64,000 bases of DNA from Mobula hypostoma (taxonomy: Eukaryota). Positions within the stretch are counted from its first letter, which is position 1, and every line of letters starts with the position of its first letter. The position numbers and the translations under genes are program-made. The stretch lies in the NCBI RefSeq assembly GCF_963921235.1, contig NC_086106.1:23188001-23252000 (forward strand), read 5' to 3'. Positions 62,201 to 64,000 of the stretch are shown here, one piece after another. A model generated the notes under the pieces. That model was not told the DNA's origin, ran no database searches, and was given only the letters and a program-made list of their open reading frames with translations.

Positions 62201-64000
62201 AGCAGTTGCGGCTAACGTGGCTGCCTCTTTCTCATCGAGGTAGGGTCTCATACCCTCAGGGACACAACCTTTAAACTGCTCAATCAGAACCAGTTGCAGC
62301 AGTCTGTCATAATCCCCCTCTACCCCTTTCGAGGCGCACCAACGCTCAAAATATGTTTGCATCTCACGAGCAAACTCCAAATACGTGCGGTTCCACCGCT
62401 TCCTCGCATTCCGGAACCTCTGCCGGTATGCCTCCGGGACCAACTCATAAATCCTGAGGATGGCCTCCTTCACCACCTCATACTTCTGGGCATCTTCCGC
62501 GGATAAGGCGGAGTAAGCTTGTTGGGCCTTCCCTTTCAGTACACTCTGAAGTAAGACAACCCACTTATCCCTCGGCCATTCCTGACTTATAGCTACTTTT
62601 TCGAAGTGGAGAAAGTACCGATCCACATCGGTATCGTCAACTGGGGGAACCAGCCTAACCTCCTGGGTCGCCCGGAACCCTCCACCTTGGTTCGGCACGA
62701 GCCCCTGCTCGGCCCTTATCTTTAACTTCTCCAGCTCAAATTCCCTTTCCCTCTGTTTCTCCTCTCTCTCCAACTGTCTGTCCCTCTCTCTCTCTTCTCT
62801 CTCCAACTGTCTGTCCCTCTCCTGCCTTTCTAACTCTCTCTCTTTCTCCTGCCTTTCTAACTCTCTCTCTTTCTCCTGCCTTTCTAACTCTCTCTCTTTC
62901 TCCTGCCTTTCTAACTGCCGTACCCGGAACTCGTGCTCGAGTCTCAGTTTTTCAAGCTGTACCTGTACCGCGTCTCCAGCAGGTTTTTCAATAGACACCT
63001 CCCCCAGCTCACCTTGGGGAAACACACCTTTAGATACATAGTGCTCTACAATAGCTCTGTGTATCTCCTCTCTCCTCATTGTCGACTTCACCTAAGCAAG
63101 ATTCACCCGTTTGGCCACAGCTATCAATTCCGATTTCCTGGCATCCTCTAATGCCTCCAAGGTCGGCGCCTTTATAAATTCCTCAACCTCCATTTCTGCT
63201 GTTTGTCTTTTCTTTCTTTCGGGAATTTTAACCCAATCAATATACTCCGTCCCAAATTTAGCGTTCAAAATCGCGGACGAGAACCCCACTTATGTTACGT
63301 ACCCCGTAACTGGGTTGCCAAACCAGCAGAAATGGATCACTCAGTTGGAGTCTGGAGTACTAGAACTAAGAAAGTTTTATTAAAGAAACAAGCAACACAG
63401 TAATCGAAAGGATAATAAATGCAACAATTCAACAATGATAACCACACATGTGCACAGAATTAAGATAACAGCATCAATCAAGCTCTATCGTTGTCTAGGG
63501 GTAAATGACCAATTTCAAAATGACTCAAAGTTCAGTCCAGTTTGTAGTTCAGTTCGCAGTAATCGTTGCCATGGCGATGGACAAGGTGGGGGAAGAGAGA
63601 CAGAATAGGAACAACTGATCATTCAGAACACTGCTTCACTCACAGACCAGCGGGATGGCTCACAAACAGCTTTTGGGCAGGTCCTTGGTGATGTCATCTG
63701 AGGTCACCGACTGTGACCCCTCCTCCAGATGCGGTCGATCCTCTGCAGTGAACCCGGCACCCAGGCAAGGGCGGACACACACCGGGTTCCCGCTGATCGT
63801 ACCTTCCCACCCTGGTCGTTGTCTGATACTTCTCACCCACTCGTGAGAAGCGTACCGCTTCCAGGGTCTCGTTACCTCGGGTGGCGTGTGTGTCTGTCTT
63901 AGCGAACCTGTCCCTTTTTATCCCCCTGCTGGGGTATCGCCTGTCCATCACTTCAAACAGTCCAGGGCTCAAAGGGGGGAGCCGCTCCAGACAGCTCTTC
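59277..64000 (-). mobile_element. Non-autonomous Gmr1-derived LTR retrotransposon, copy 2 (5' LTR cut by window end)
   Basis: 3' LTR 59277-60135, PPT 60136-60146, PBS 63270-63288, 5' LTR from 63293. Confidence 0.96.
60308..63193 (-). pseudogene. Gag-protease-vestigial pol ORF of copy 2, 961 codons, one TAG at 63092-63094
   Basis: MEVEEF start at 63193. A 927-codon open stretch follows the stop. CCHC and RDTG intact. CIGN in place of YxDD at 60713-60724. Confidence 0.92.

Noticed and set aside
4198-64000. Repeated ~850-bp blocks as a CRISPR array or segmental duplication
   Set aside because: They are LTRs with TG..CA ends, PBS, PPT and TSDs. There is no repeat-spacer structure and no prokaryotic gene content in the window.

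Overview
Vertebrate genomic DNA dominated by transposable elements. The repeat families suggest a cartilaginous fish, probably a ray (inference). The only host-gene features I can support are two minus-strand T-cell-receptor alpha/delta-type V segments about 21 kb apart. One is intact (27157-27608: leader exon, 100-nt intron, V exon, canonical heptamer/23-nt spacer/nonamer RSS). The other is a pseudogene missed by simple ORF reading (48207-48692), with a young solo LTR inserted 41 bp upstream of its ATG. The rest comprises nested Gmr1-type (PR-INT-RT order) Gypsy elements; two copies plus a solo LTR of a non-autonomous Gag-protease family with a dead but still in-frame pol tail; many CR1 LINEs; Penelope ends with decayed hammerhead motifs; a HERO/R2-group relic; a Rex1-like LINE; tRNA-derived SINEs; and a 129-N gap. 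The most unusual signals are a predicted HDV-like ribozyme with an extra hairpin in L3 heading a ~570-bp non-coding element (31228-31799), and the frame conservation of the dead-pol ORF. All calls come from manual reading. No searches or folding programs were run, and boundaries of old repeats are approximate.
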